Shown: positions 40,757 through 53,200, numbered from the whole stretch's first letter. The stretch is DNA of 63,272 nt, filler included, from Hausera hauseri (GCA_046269625.1; 12 parts of 12 records of this genome joined end to end with filler, not necessarily neighbours in it); one strand, 5' to 3'. A program made the numbers and translations. Notes: generated by a model from the sequence alone, not told the origin.

Positions 40757-41940
40757 ATGCACAATAAATTCTGGTCAAATCGTAAAAGTACCAATGAGAA
40801 ATCCATTCATTCTCTAAAAACAAGAAATCGACATGATGACGAAAATTTTAAGAGTTCCGTGAATAATTGCAACGAAAAGCCTGACAAGACTTTTACCGTA
40901 TTTTCCAAACTTCGATCTTCGTTTTCTAAAGCAAATTCGTTTGATTCAGATTTTTTACAGAAAAAACCAAACATATTTCCGAAAGAATTGGATAATTGTG
41001 ATCGTCATTATGGGGAAAAGGGTCTGATATCATTGAAAATGATTTTCTCCAAATCTTTGAACATATCGTCGACAAGAATGAGACGTTCCAATGATGACCA
41101 AGATCGTGAAACCGGCGATGTTGTTAGCCATTTGTCTGTGAAAAGTGACGAAGACGATCGAGATTGGCATTATTCATTGCATCCCATGAACAGTAACAAA
41201 GCGGAAATTACACCGAAGGATATCGCGAACAATGGCAACACATGTTATATCAATTTCATCATCCAATGCTTGAATTCAGTTGATCAACTTGCGAAATATT
41301 TTCTTCTCGACGAATTCGTTGACGATAGCAAATCCTCGAAGAATTCAGATACTATGAATTTGATGTTGTTAACGAAATTCTTTATGTTTCTCAAATGTCT
41401 CTGGTTGTTAGAACTCGATTGTTATTCGTTATCCAATGATTTCCGTTTTTAATTGCCAAATACCGAACGCAGTTTTCAAAGCAATGATCAACAGGACGCC
41501 CAAGAGTTTCTGTTGTTTCTACTCAACCATTGCCACGAACGTTTGAAAGTCTGTGTCGTTTTGGAACCGAAGAAAGTCAAGAAACCGAGAAAGAACATTC
41601 TCTATTTCGAAGCGCAGAAAATCGTCAACCTGAACAAATCCCGAATTTATTCGATTTTCGCCACATATCAACAGTTGGTTATTGTCTGTCCGATTTGTCG
41701 TACTCGAAAGAACAAATTGGAACCGAATATTTGCCTTAGTCTTCCAGTTCCGGCTAAAACAATGGAGCCGTTGTATTATTGTTTTGTTGAAAAGGACGGA
41801 TCACAAATATTCGCAGAGATATGGATAAACACTGTCAGCCCTGTACAGTTTGTTCGTGCAAATATCGCTCACAAATTCAGAATTAATGTCGATAACACCA
41901 TGATCATGGTCGTCACTGAATCAGGATTCGGGAAATGTTC
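40757..41940 (+). pseudogene. Ubiquitin-specific protease (USP) N-terminal half, no His box
   Basis: Cys box NNGNTCYINFIIQCL, QQDAQEFLLFLL, CPIC...EP..CLSLPVP; in-frame stop at 41450-41452. Confidence 0.88.
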
Positions 41941-42327
41941 TCAGGGTTCTGGCACGTCTATCGAATTGCTGTCTGCGGAAAACACAGTCCACGACAAGCA
42001 ACATATGGAATGGTGTAGTCGCCCTTAAGACATCATACGTAAACAATAATTCATTCCGTCAAGAAACCGATCCAGACTCTGATCAGTGCGCATCAGATGA
42101 AAAATAGTAATTTGCCATTGAGTAGAATTACTTTCGATCACACCAATGACATACGTCGTCGAAATGAACATTATGATAATTTGTCTTTAAATGAGGAAAA
42201 GTGTACATATACTTTATTGGACGGTATAGAAACACGATGTTGTCAGTCGATTAATGCATCTGTTAATAAAAACCAGTCAAACACCGACGACGAATCGTCC
42301 GAAAGTCAACTGAAGCTCGTCGCTATT

Positions 42328-43285
42328 CGCGTTGAAGAACTTGTCGATGTGTTAAAACTTCAAGATCGCCAATATCTGGGCATTAAAGCTTGCGCACTCA
42401 GAACTCTAACGGCCATAATTCATAGCGGCATACACACGTCTTGCTGGTCTGTGTTAAAAAACATGACGAGAGTAAACTCATATCACGGGAATTTTCCGAC
42501 GATGATGCGCGATTGGATTGGCGATTTGGTTCAAGGCAAATTCTATCCATTTGCTGGCACCATCGAACAACACTTTACAACAGCGATTTTACCATTTCTT
42601 TATCCTTTGGCTTGTACGAATGAAGTCAGTTCTAGCCAAGGGAATCTAGTTGGAACCGGATTACTACATTCCTTGGAGGAAATCATAATAGGGCGCACTG
42701 TTGAAACAGATTACATTAGTTTTGCAACTAGAGCAGTTCGACTTATTGATCAAATACTCTTGTCCTTTCAGATCAACAGCAACACAACTAGTCAAAAGAG
42801 CATAATTCATGCCTTGGTGAACAGATTAAAATTCGATGTAAACATCTATTTAAATTTTGATGTTGGTGAAATCACAATGAAACATCTGGCAATCAACACA
42901 CAACGCGTTGGATTCATCAAAAACATGTTAAATTTGACAAAACGTTTAATCCTCGATAACAAATGGACGGATACGTCACACACTACGATGGAATATGAAT
43001 TGCCAGACATAATACGGCAAAATTTCATGAACTATACTAAATTCAATCCGCAATTGTGCCTGTTCTCAATGGAAGTCATCACGAATTTCGAATACAATCA
43101 GCCGTCAAGCATGTCCACAATGCAGGATCGACATCTTACTCGAGATATTCTTCCCGTTTTAACGGAACAACCTCTTTCAGTTAACCGGGATTTCTTTGTG
43201 GCATTGCCAACGTTGTTGACTGCCTTGTCTACAAATAGGCGGGGTATCAACGAAACAAAGGAGACCAATATCGTCGTCAATATCA
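42328..43285 (+). pseudogene. HUWE1-like HECT E3 N-terminal ARM region, internal fragment
   Basis: VEELVDVLKLQDRQYLGIKACALRTLTAIIH, NSYHGNFP, FATRAVRLID, QPSSMSTMQD, LPTLLTALSTNRRG. Confidence 0.85.
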
Positions 43286-43587
43286 ATCAGACCTGTTTGA
43301 TTATCATTTCCGTTATTGCATCGGAACTGACAGATTCATATAAAGGTAATACAATAATTGTTGCAATATATATTAAGTGCCATATGGACATTTTGATCAA
43401 ATTTGCCTACAAAAATTAATCTGTTTATTCCCCGCTGTTGAAATCATTTGTAACCATGCTCGGTGAAGCCCAGCAACTTGACTTTCGAACTTAAGACCAT
43501 CCTGAACAGCCAGAGGAGTCATCGGTCACCCCTAAATTTGGTACCAGCCGCGGTGAGGCTGACGTTCCGGCCGCCCACCCTGCGCCA

Positions 43588-44937
43588 TTGGGTCAGACGG
43601 CGCCTTTCGCTTTAGCTCCACAACACGCCCCGGGCACACCACTTCTTATTTCTTTCTTTTTTCTCAACAACAAACACATTAACACACATACAGCAACACA
43701 TTTAAACTCTGTTGCCATCCATGAAATCATCTCCACTTCTCTTCTCTCCTCTGATTTCTACCTTACACACGACGGATCTCTAGTACTCTTTGCTGGAACT
43801 CTACAATCTTCCTCAACCCACATCTGTTTTCATAATCATTTCCGTATCCGTGGTGGCATGGATTTGTCACCCACAATTGACACCGCGGATAAACTCACTA
43901 AACAACAGATCCCCATCATTCATTTACCCAAACACAGCGCTTCCAACATCTCTACACAACATACCCTCCTCACTCATTCACCCTGCACAGAATATTTTCT
44001 CGATAGCCAAAACTCTACTCAAACTTGGCTAAAACTGCACCAATTTTGGCTCCAATCTCAAAACGTCGTCGACTGGTTAGCCAAGGCCAACAGCCTCTTT
44101 TTCCACTTACCAGCCTCCATGAAAATTAAAATCACCAATATAATCGATATCCTTCAGCACGCTGACCCATATACCCAACTCTATAATGCCGTTCTCAAGC
44201 TTACTGAGCCCTCAATCGATTCAATCATTCAAATGTTCTTTAATGACAACGCCATGGGCCTTCAGAAACCTTCTGAATTCCTACGCACATCCTTGTCTCA
44301 CCTTAACACCCTTGGAGTAATCTCTGAACACAGTCCTGAACTCCTTTGTAGCTATTTCTTAAATGCATTGCCCCTTCAAATAAGAGCTTTGCTAACTGTG
44401 TTTGAGGACTCCACGGCTCTTGACAAGCTAGCCGAACTGGCAGACAAGGCATACGAAGTACGGCACTCACATGCAGCGCCAACTATTTCTGCAACCTTGA
44501 CAACAGATCAACAGCAACAAAATACAATGCTGCAGCAACAAATTGCGCAATTGCGCGCAGAAAATAAAACATTACAAAAAACATTCAACCACATTAACGA
44601 CAAAATAAACGCATTAACACTACCTCGACGGAGTTTTTCTAGGCCTGCTTCCCCTAATGCATTTAATCAACGTCAAAGACGGTGGCCTTCGCCCGCGCGG
44701 TCATTAATTTGCTATTATCATAGCAAATTTGGCAACAATGCCCAGAAATGCTGCATCGGTTGTAAATTTCATTCCCCTAATTTCAATACATGCAACATCA
44801 TTTGCATATCCCACTCAAAATTTGGCGCAAAAGCACAAAAATGCCTATCTGGCTGTACCTATAGCACACACAATAAGACCCACACTAATAAGTTCACACA
44901 AAACAGTAGACCAAACTCACCAGCTCCAAAAAACTAA
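43588..44937 (+). CDS. gag: UBL-Gag: ubiquitin-like leader ending RIRGG (to 43857), then Gag from Met 43858 with two CHCC fingers
   Basis: DPYTQLYNAVL, MGLQKPSEFL, FLNALP, LAELADK, CYYHSKFGNNAQKCCIGC and CISHSKFGAKAQKCLSGC. Confidence 0.85.
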   Translation: MGQTAPFALAPQHAPGTPLLISFFFLNNKHINTHTATHLNSVAIHEIISTSLLSSDFYLTHDGSLVLFAGTLQSSSTHICFHNHFRIRGGMDLSPTIDTADKLTKQQIPIIHLPKHSASNISTQHTLLTHSPCTEYFLDSQNSTQTWLKLHQFWLQSQNVVDWLAKANSLFFHLPASMKIKITNIIDILQHADPYTQLYNAVLKLTEPSIDSIIQMFFNDNAMGLQKPSEFLRTSLSHLNTLGVISEHSPELLCSYFLNALPLQIRALLTVFEDSTALDKLAELADKAYEVRHSHAAPTISATLTTDQQQQNTMLQQQIAQLRAENKTLQKTFNHINDKINALTLPRRSFSRPASPNAFNQRQRRWPSPARSLICYYHSKFGNNAQKCCIGCKFHSPNFNTCNIICISHSKFGAKAQKCLSGCTYSTHNKTHTNKFTQNSRPNSPAPKN

Positions 44938-44969
44938 TTTTGCCGCTAGGACACACGGCAAGTTCTAGC
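44928..44969 (+). promoter_or_regulatory. -1 ribosomal frameshift signal (A AAA AAC plus pseudoknot)
   Basis: Slippery heptamer before the gag stop, then GCCG-CTAG...CGGC...CTAG. Confidence 0.75.
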
Positions 44970-45119
44970 AAAGGCAACAACCAGCAAAAACATAGCCGAC
45001 ACATTTCTTTTGCTGTATTNNNNNNNNNNNNNNNNNNNNNNNNNNNNNNNNNNNNNNNNNNNNTTAATTAATTAANNNNNNNNNNNNNNNNNNNNNNNNN
45101 NNNNNNNNNNNNNNNNNNN

Positions 45120-46264
45120 TAGTGCCTTTAAAGTATATCTGTGGTTCGAATCTTCAATCTTCACATTATTTAACGATAACATTGCTTCTTTGAACAATAT
45201 ATGCAGTAACTAGTTACTTGGAATTACTTCTGTATCTACAGAAATATTTGAACAACCTCTTTAATAACTTTAATTTTTACACAGAGCAGCGTATTATTCA
45301 TTCTACGACGAAAATGCAGCACTAAATGTGTCTTGGCTCCAAACAGAAATTTAATGGGTTTCCAAAATTCGTATACTATATACACGGAAATACTGTGCAC
45401 AACATTATGAGATAACGATAATACATGGGTCTGGTGATATTTACGTGAGCAGTTTTACCCGGTGTTTCGTACGTGTTCGAATCCAGTCCAATAGAAGCCA
45501 ACATATACAGGTTTTGTTAGATCCGTTAAAATATTGATTCGATGATATGCTGGAAGTGGTTTGTATTTAGTAGCAATAGGTGGTCCGCCGCCGGTTTGAC
45601 CAAATTCGCGTTTTTCAAAACTCAGATTCCGTGACAATAGTTCATCAAAGACAAAATATGTAATATTATCATGTAGTATAAACGAAATATGACAATCGGG
45701 GTTTAATTCAAATGTCTTGAGAGCCAATTTAGCTACTACCTTAATGGTTACACACAATTCTGTTTCCGTTTCCGTAAGAAAACCATATCCTTTTGTATTA
45801 GAGTAGAAGAATGATTCAGTCTCTTGTCAGTTTACTGTAATATAGGTGGTTTTTATTGTGTTTTTGATAAGTTCAATTTTTCATTAATTATACTATGTTC
45901 ACCGAACTGTAGACCTTTCGAGCGCACATTGACAGATCGCGAACCCCATGCCTAAGGGTTGGCTAGTGATTTAAATAGCAATTGAAATTGGTTGTTTGTG
46001 TTTTAGTACTAATCGATTGTTAAAATAAAAAATATAAACCGGAAGATATTGCCGCTTGTAATTGCGAACGTGAAATCCCTTAAAGTCTCGGACTAACTGC
46101 AAACAACTAGATGCAAGAGGTTGTCATAGTAGAGTATATACTTCATTGTTCTCACGTACTGTTATTAATGAAAAAGTAAATGTGAATTCCGGCAAAGCCA
46201 CTTCCCAGGCTCTCTAGCGTAAATTGGGCGGCTGATCCAACGCCATTGTAAAGTGTTAAGAGGT

Positions 46265-46296
<32 letters not shown>

Positions 46297-46342
46297 CATA
46301 TTGTGAGAATCTGTTACTATCAAGTACCAAATAAATGCTCAT
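45120..46342 (-). pseudogene. Polinton minor capsid (penton-like) protein, decayed
   Basis: MSIYLVLDSNRFSQYD(N)nTS*HFTMALDQPPNL...AWEVALPEF and INILTDLTKPVYVG; lies directly after integrase. Confidence 0.65.
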
Positions 46343-47290
46343 TACTCAATCTGCGATGCAAATATCCAACTCGGTATAGTGTATCCATGCCTCTTGATGA
46401 GAAATTGTTTATTAGAACCTTTGCTACGTAAACGTAGAATTTCCTTAATACGATACACATCATGTTTTTCCGGTAGTACTTGCAGTTCCTGTTCGTAAAA
46501 TTTGCCACGTATTTCGTCACCATTTTCATCTTCTAAAACGTACGTAACAGGCGTTTGTTTTGTGTTGATTGCTGAGATTCGGAAAACTCCATCGTTCCAG
46601 TTCTGATTTAAATTCTTAATGAATGGTGTCGTACTCAGTTTCAAAATACGTAAATAATCACCGATTTTATACTTGGTACGTTTAATTAGTCGTCGTTATG
46701 TTCGTTTTTGATAAAGCCACATGTCCAAATCATCGGTTACATCAACTGGTTGTAATCCATTGATGCCCCCGTGTGTCGAATGGTTGTATGTATGAATAAT
46801 ATCTGGTAGTACATCTACCCAGTGTTTACTGCCCTGCTTGGTAAAGAATGTGTTCATTCGGCTGCGCAGGGTTCGATTAAATCATTTAAAGAGAGCAGCC
46901 TTGTATTACGAAAATACAGATTAGTGGTTTATACCGAACTTGTTCAAGACCGATGCGACATGTGAGATGTAGAATTCTTTACCTAAATCCGTTTGTAAAT
47001 GCTTCGGTGGGGGTTGTTGTTGGTTTATTAATGTGTGAACAGCGTCGACAATCTCTTTACCGGATTTAGATTTCACGGCAATTGCACATGCAAAACAACT
47101 AAACACATCAATACACGTAAGCACGTACCGATACCCATCGTTAATGCTCTTTTACGGAATCATTTCGATCAGATCCATTTGTCATACATTATTTACGCCT
47201 GTATCACGGTATGCACGAGTTAGAAACCGTTTCCTTCTCCGTTTGTCGACTCCAATATAACCAATGGGATGATGCGGATCAAACCACATG
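46342..47290 (-). pseudogene. Polinton retroviral-like integrase with C-terminal chromo-like segment
   Basis: LTCIDVFS, HLQTDLGKEF, FNRTL, WNDGVFRI, TYVLEDENGDEIRGKFYEQEL, FLIKRHGY..SWI. Confidence 0.9.
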
Positions 47291-47439
47291 TCGCCCATCG
47301 TTGTTGGTGTTGTCGATGGTGTCGGATTTGCTTGCAGTACAAAAATTTGAACAAAACGATAGTGTAATAGTCGGTAAACTGGGTCAAAAGGATGAAAACC
47401 ATGTACCCATATTGCAAATAATTGTATACTTACATTCAT

Positions 47440-47730
47440 TGTTTATACTATGCTGCTGTTGCTACCGATAATACTACGCAGTAATGACGCGACAACCGGC
47501 AGAATTGCACCAAGGAATCCGCCGTCTCGCTGGTACATGACCTCTCGTTTCACTTTAGTAAATACCGCTTTCCACTACCAAAGTCAACATTACCCACAAC
47601 GATATTGTATAAAATTTCCATCAAATCGTCTACTGCAAATTACGGGAATAATCACAGCATGTTTCGTTTATGTCTCGACGGTGCTTTAAGCAAAGCAATA
47701 AAGTACGGTTGACTACGTTTAAAACGCATG
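47440..47730 (-). pseudogene. Small Polinton-type ORF ending in a GGFL amphipathic peptide
   Basis: EILYNIVVGNV ... YQRDGGFLGAILPVVASLL. Confidence 0.55.
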
Positions 47731-48019
47731 ATTCAATCAATGAATGAACGAATATTTATGAATCGAATCGTATTTGTTCATAATCGTTGCCACCTTGACG
47801 GTAACATGCGTCTATTTACTGCTGCTGCTGATATTGTTGTTGTTCGGAGCACTGAATTGATCAATTGTTTAACTGTAGCGTTGCGTTTTGATGTATTTGA
47901 CGAACGTTTCATCTTGGATACCTGTTTGGTTAGTTTGCGATTAACAACTGTCTTTTGAAAATTCGTCATTTTACTACTACTATCGTATCGATTTTCGAAT
48001 TTGTTTTTAGACATGATTT

Positions 48020-48113
48020 GATTCAAAATGTCTGTTCGTACACGCATGTCATCTGAACACTGTTGTGTAAAGTCGATAAACAGATATCCATGCGAGTAGT
48101 GGGAAAATACCAA
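48020..48113 (-). pseudogene. C-terminal remnant of Polinton packaging ATPase
   Basis: HGYLFIDFTQQCSDDMRVRTDIL matches the typical YGYL.ID......R.RT.I ending. Confidence 0.6.
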
Positions 48114-48184
48114 TTCGATCCCACCCCTATGGGTGGCACCGAATGGGTATTTTTTCTATTGTTTGGGAAAAAATTTCAATAAAA

Positions 48185-48690
48185 CAAAATTATAAACTTT
48201 ATGTGTCTTTTTGAAGACAATAATGTTGCAGAATTTCTTTAACGTTCTTTATGTAACGTTCTAATATTTCGATCTTATTAAGATTTTTGTTAGAGAACAT
48301 CGGTCGGGCAGATATAATGTTTACTAAACAATGTTTATTCATCTTTTTAAATCTCGCACAGACAATATGTTGCACTATAAGTAAATGTAGATACCCAGCT
48401 ATCAATAGAAAGGTCATCTCACAAATGAAGACGTTTTTGACAAAATCATTTGTTTAATTAAATTCTATTGGATGTTGTTTTTGATAAAGCCTTGTCTAAG
48501 CTGATGACTTTACAGTCAATATAAAATAACAATAGAATTCTTTTGGAGCTACATATTAAGTTATAAACTTTATATACATGTCTCTTTTAGGACAATAATG
48601 TTGCAGAATTTCTTTAACGTTCTTTATGTAATGTTCTAATATTTCGATCTTATTAAGATCTTTATCAGAAAACATTAGTCGGGCGTAAAA
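48185..48690. repeat. Direct duplication of about 120 bp
   Basis: ttataaacttta...gacaataatgttgcagaatttctttaacgttctttatgtaa at about 48190 and 48560. Confidence 0.85.
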
Positions 48691-49149
48691 TTTGAATTTT
48701 TAAAACCATTAAACCCTTTTGCATTCATACACCACGCCTGCTTGCGTGTGTCACTTTAAAAAGTTAATATTCCCTATTTTCGCCTATTAACCATGCATGT
48801 GTGTAAAGTTTTGGCTTACCCATAACTCATCTATGCATCACATCGATTTTAGTCAATAGGGGATAAATTGCGGTTATGTCCTACCCCACCCCAGAGGGGT
48901 AATCGATAAATCAATATTGCACATGTTCTAATCGATAGTTCACATGGTGCACTATCGATCGGCACTGTGACAGACAACGGTGCCACCAGGCACCGTTGCT
49001 AAGCACTATTTTGCGCATTTCACAAATCGATAGCTGCACATTGCACTATTGATCGAATTGATAAGCACGAAGCGCTAATTGATAGTGCATATCAAGGAGC
49101 ATAGATCCGTGCACTGTGCAGGTACACTGCACGTGCGTAAGTGTGCAAA

Positions 49150-49695
49150 AATCAATAATATCGGATTTCCGATAATTCCAATATTGATGATTAGCACATG
49201 GCACCGGGTGCAGTCGAGTGCAAAATCGATTCTTTATACGAATGTGCAATTATAATTTAATTTGATCCATTGGTTTTCGATAAAATGCCACCTGGGACAA
49301 AGCCGCCACAGGCCTTTCCGGTATAAAATAAAAATAGATAAAATCATTACGTCACATGTACTGGTCAGTAGTGCACCCGATGCACTACCGATCGGGAAAT
49401 GCTCAATGTTAAGATGCCCTTGGACACGTTTGCCATGGCACTTTTGCACTTTTCACATATTTGTCGATGCATGGCCCAGCAATGTTCGAATCAATAAGGA
49501 CCAAATGCTGGTGGATAGAGTACGTCAAGATGCATCGACTTGTGCTCGATTCAGTGTAAATGCACATGTGCAAGTGTGTGTAAATCAACAATATAGATTT
49601 TCCGATAATTCTAATACTAATGATTAGCACGTGTGACCGGGTGTGTTCGCTCGCAAATACGATGCACTATACGAATGTGGAATTAAAATTTAAAT
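49150..49695. repeat. Diverged direct repeat, period about 433 bp
   Basis: tttccgataatt.....gatgattagcac...atacgaatgtg at 49151-49260 and 49584-49692. Confidence 0.75.
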
Positions 49696-50218
49696 CTATA
49701 AGTTTANNNNNNNNNNNNNNNNNNNNNNNNNNNNNNNNNNNNNNNNNNNNTTAATTAATTAANNNNNNNNNNNNNNNNNNNNNNNNNNNNNNNNNNNNNN
49801 NNNNNNCGTACCAAAGGGAAATCGAGGGTGCAGTTCATATGTGTATTGCACATGTGTAATACACAACCCTCAGAATTGCCACAATTACATTAGGAGCTAT
49901 TATGGACACAAATTGAATAGGATCATCTATTATAACTGCCCAGGATGTGAGGCTGTATGTGATGGAGAATACATGCAGTTTTAAGAAGATCACAAATATC
50001 ACTTGAATGACTTCATATTAAAATCAAAAAAGGTCATATTTAATGAGCAGCATCGTGTTTTAGCAGCGCAGCCTGTTTTGGCAGCACAGCCACTTCTACA
50101 ATTTAATTTAGCAGCAAGGCCCGATGCAGGACTAAAGCGCATATCAGAAGTAGAAGCAGACGCTCTGTGAAAAAGCCAAAGACATCGTCCAGTTGATGTA
50201 GCTGCACTGAAGAGCAAA

Positions 50219-53200
50219 GTGCGGCAATACTTCATAGCAGCAGTGGGGCAGATATTGCTTCATGAATTCCTGGAATATTCAAAGGAAAAGGCAGCGGGAA
50301 TTCTCAAGGACAACTTGTTGAAGCTGAAGGCCCTTAAGATAAACTTCAAATTGAAAGCCACCTTCACCAATGTCAAAGGAGAGCTGTCTAGTAGAGCCTA
50401 CAAAACAAAGAACAGGTCACTATTAAAATCCTCTAACATTAAGGATTTTACTAGAGGACTATGCAAGGCTCATCCGCGAAGCCGGAGAAAGCCAGGACAA
50501 GAAAAGCGGTTGGACTTTAGCAACAATAAAGGGGTTACTTATGCATGTTCACAAGTATACTCCCATGCGAGGCAGCTCTTACATACCGCTTCCTGAATGG
50601 ATAATTAATAAAAGGGTAGGCATCAATGTCCATAATGAGGAAAGCATGTGCTTCATGTATCCTATTTTGTCAAAACTAGTCCAGGATCAATATAATGCTT
50701 CCCGAGTTTGCATATAGGACAAAGTGCAGCACTCATAGGACTTCAGCTGTATTTTATTCCCGCAGAACGTAGATGAAGTCGTGAAATTTGAAAGCGTAAA
50801 CAACATCTCAATCAACATCTTTGAATTGGATGAGGACAAATTTTATCAATTACATGTGTGCAAGGAGGAATTGCAGGATCATAGGGATCTGCTCGTGCTA
50901 GATGATGGAGAAAGGAGTCATTTCATCTGGATCAAGATTTTGAGCGCCTCGTAGGATCCAAAATATGCAAGCATAAATCAAGGCTGGAAATATGCAAAAG
51001 ATGCTTTCCTCATTTTAATGGCGACACAGCCGCAAAAAAGCTGGAGGAGCACAAGTTTTACTGTAATACAAAATATTGCATCCGAGCAGAATTCCCCAAA
51101 AAGGAATACTTGGAATTCAAAGAGTTCGAGAAGATTCAGAAGGTGTCGATTGCCATATATTGTGACTTTGTATCCATCCTCAGTCCGGTTCACAGCTGCA
51201 GCCATAATACGCAGCAAAGCAGTACTACAACATACCAATACCATGAGTTATCATCATACTGCATGTATGCCAAAGGACTGAACAAAGAATCCTACCCATA
51301 CAGAAGTGTAAATGCAGCAGAACATTTTATGAAACAACTTGACGACATGGCTCATAGGCTTGAAAACATGCTTCAGTAATATAAGGATAATATGAGCATG
51401 TCGAAGCAGCAAGAAGAAAAATGGCGCAAAGCATCAACATGCAAAGTCAGGAATCATTGCCATTTTACAGGCATATACCGAGGCGCAGCGTGCAACAATT
51501 GCAATACATGTACATATATTCCCATGGTATTTCACAATCCTAGTGGCTATGATTCACATTTCATTGTTGAAAAACTGGACAACATTGATGGGAACATTAA
51601 TGTCATTCCCAATAGTGAGGAAAAATACATCACCTTTTCAAAGCATGTGTGCCGCATTAGACTTCGCTTCATTGATAGCTTTCGCTTCATTAGCTAGTCA
51701 CTGGATAGTTTAGTGAAGAACCTTCCTGCAGAAGAACTCAAGGAGACGAAGAGGTTCTTCCTGGATACATTTGATCTGGTGAGGCGGAAAGGAGTGTTCC
51801 TCTATAACTATATAACGATATGGAAAGCACTGTATCAAGATGCTTTACCGACCAAGGAGGACCTCTATAGTCAGTTGTCATACAGTCATATTAGCGATGC
51901 TGACTATGAGCATGCCCAAAGAGTATGACAGACCTTCCAGTGCAGGAAAATAGGGGAATACAGTGATATCTATCTCCTCACAGATGTGCTGTTGCTTAAT
52001 GGTGTCTTCGAAAGTTTTTGGGAAGTGACCATTAAGAACCACAAGTTAGATGCAGGCCATTTCTTTACAGGTCCAGGAATGAGTTGTACATTTATACTGC
52101 GCTATAGCTTCATAAGGCTACAGATCTTGAAGGACTGCCATATGGTCCTCATTATTGAAAGAGGCATCAGGGGTGGAATCTGCCAGGCCATTCACAGGTA
52201 CAGTTAGGCCAATAACAAGTATATGGCCCAGTATGATCCATCCAAGGAATCCTCATATATATCATACCTGGATGCCAAAAATCTGCATGGATGGGCAATG
52301 AGCAACCCATTGCCATATGGTAACTTCAAATGGATGGAGCAGCCGCAAGTCCTGGATATTAAAGGTATGGATCCAAATAGAGATACGGGCTACATACTGG
52401 AGATGGATGTGGAATACCCACATAGCACCCACACTAAACATGAGCTGCTGCCTTTGTTCCCCGAGAGCAAAAGGCCGCCAAATGTTAAGCATAATGGATC
52501 CAAAGTGGACTCAGAGTCATCAGTATTCATCGGACCCTGCAATTCAGCCAGTCTAAATGGCTGAATCCCTACATAGACCTCAATACCCAGTTGAGGGCCA
52601 ATGCCAAAAACGAGTTTGAAAAGGGCCAATTGAAGTTGTATAACAACTCGGTCTTTTGCAAAACTATGGAGAACATCCGGAACCGGATAAACATCGAGCT
52701 GGTATATGACTGGAAAAGAGCAAAGAAACTCATCGCTAAGCCCAACTGCTACAGCAGCACAATCTACACGGAGAACCTAGTGAGCATCCATATGATAAAG
52801 ATATCATTTGAGTTCAACAAGCCTATATATGTGGGCATGTTTATATAGGATCTATCTAAAACCCTGATGTATGACTTTCATTACAACATCATGGTCCCCA
52901 CATTCAAGGAGCTCCAGCTAATGTACATGGACACGGACCGTTTCATATACCAGATCCACGCAGGTGATGTCTTTAAAAAGTTTGCAAAATTGGCGCAGTA
53001 TATGGATACCTCGGACTATCCGAAGGATCATCCAAATTACTCAACCGTCAACAAGAAGGTCTTCCGAAAGTTTAAAAACGAGATGAATGAGAAGATCATC
53101 ACCCGTTTCGTTGCGTTGAGATCAAAAATGTACTCCATCGATGTAAATTGTCAGATAAAGAAGCGGGGTAAGGAAGTTTAAAGGGCCACATTAGCTAAAG

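Larger units (their letters stand above)
43456..45019 (+). mobile_element. 5' part of a CHCC-Gag (CsRn1-like) Ty3/Gypsy element
   Basis: Gag homologous to 56060-57154; frameshift signal at the end; tentative PBS at 43523-43555 (cggtcacccc or TGGTACCAG). Confidence 0.85.

Noticed and set aside
40565-43419. USP and HUWE1 as a functional DUB-E3 gene pair
   Set aside because: USP has an internal stop and no His box; the HUWE1 piece lacks the HECT domain
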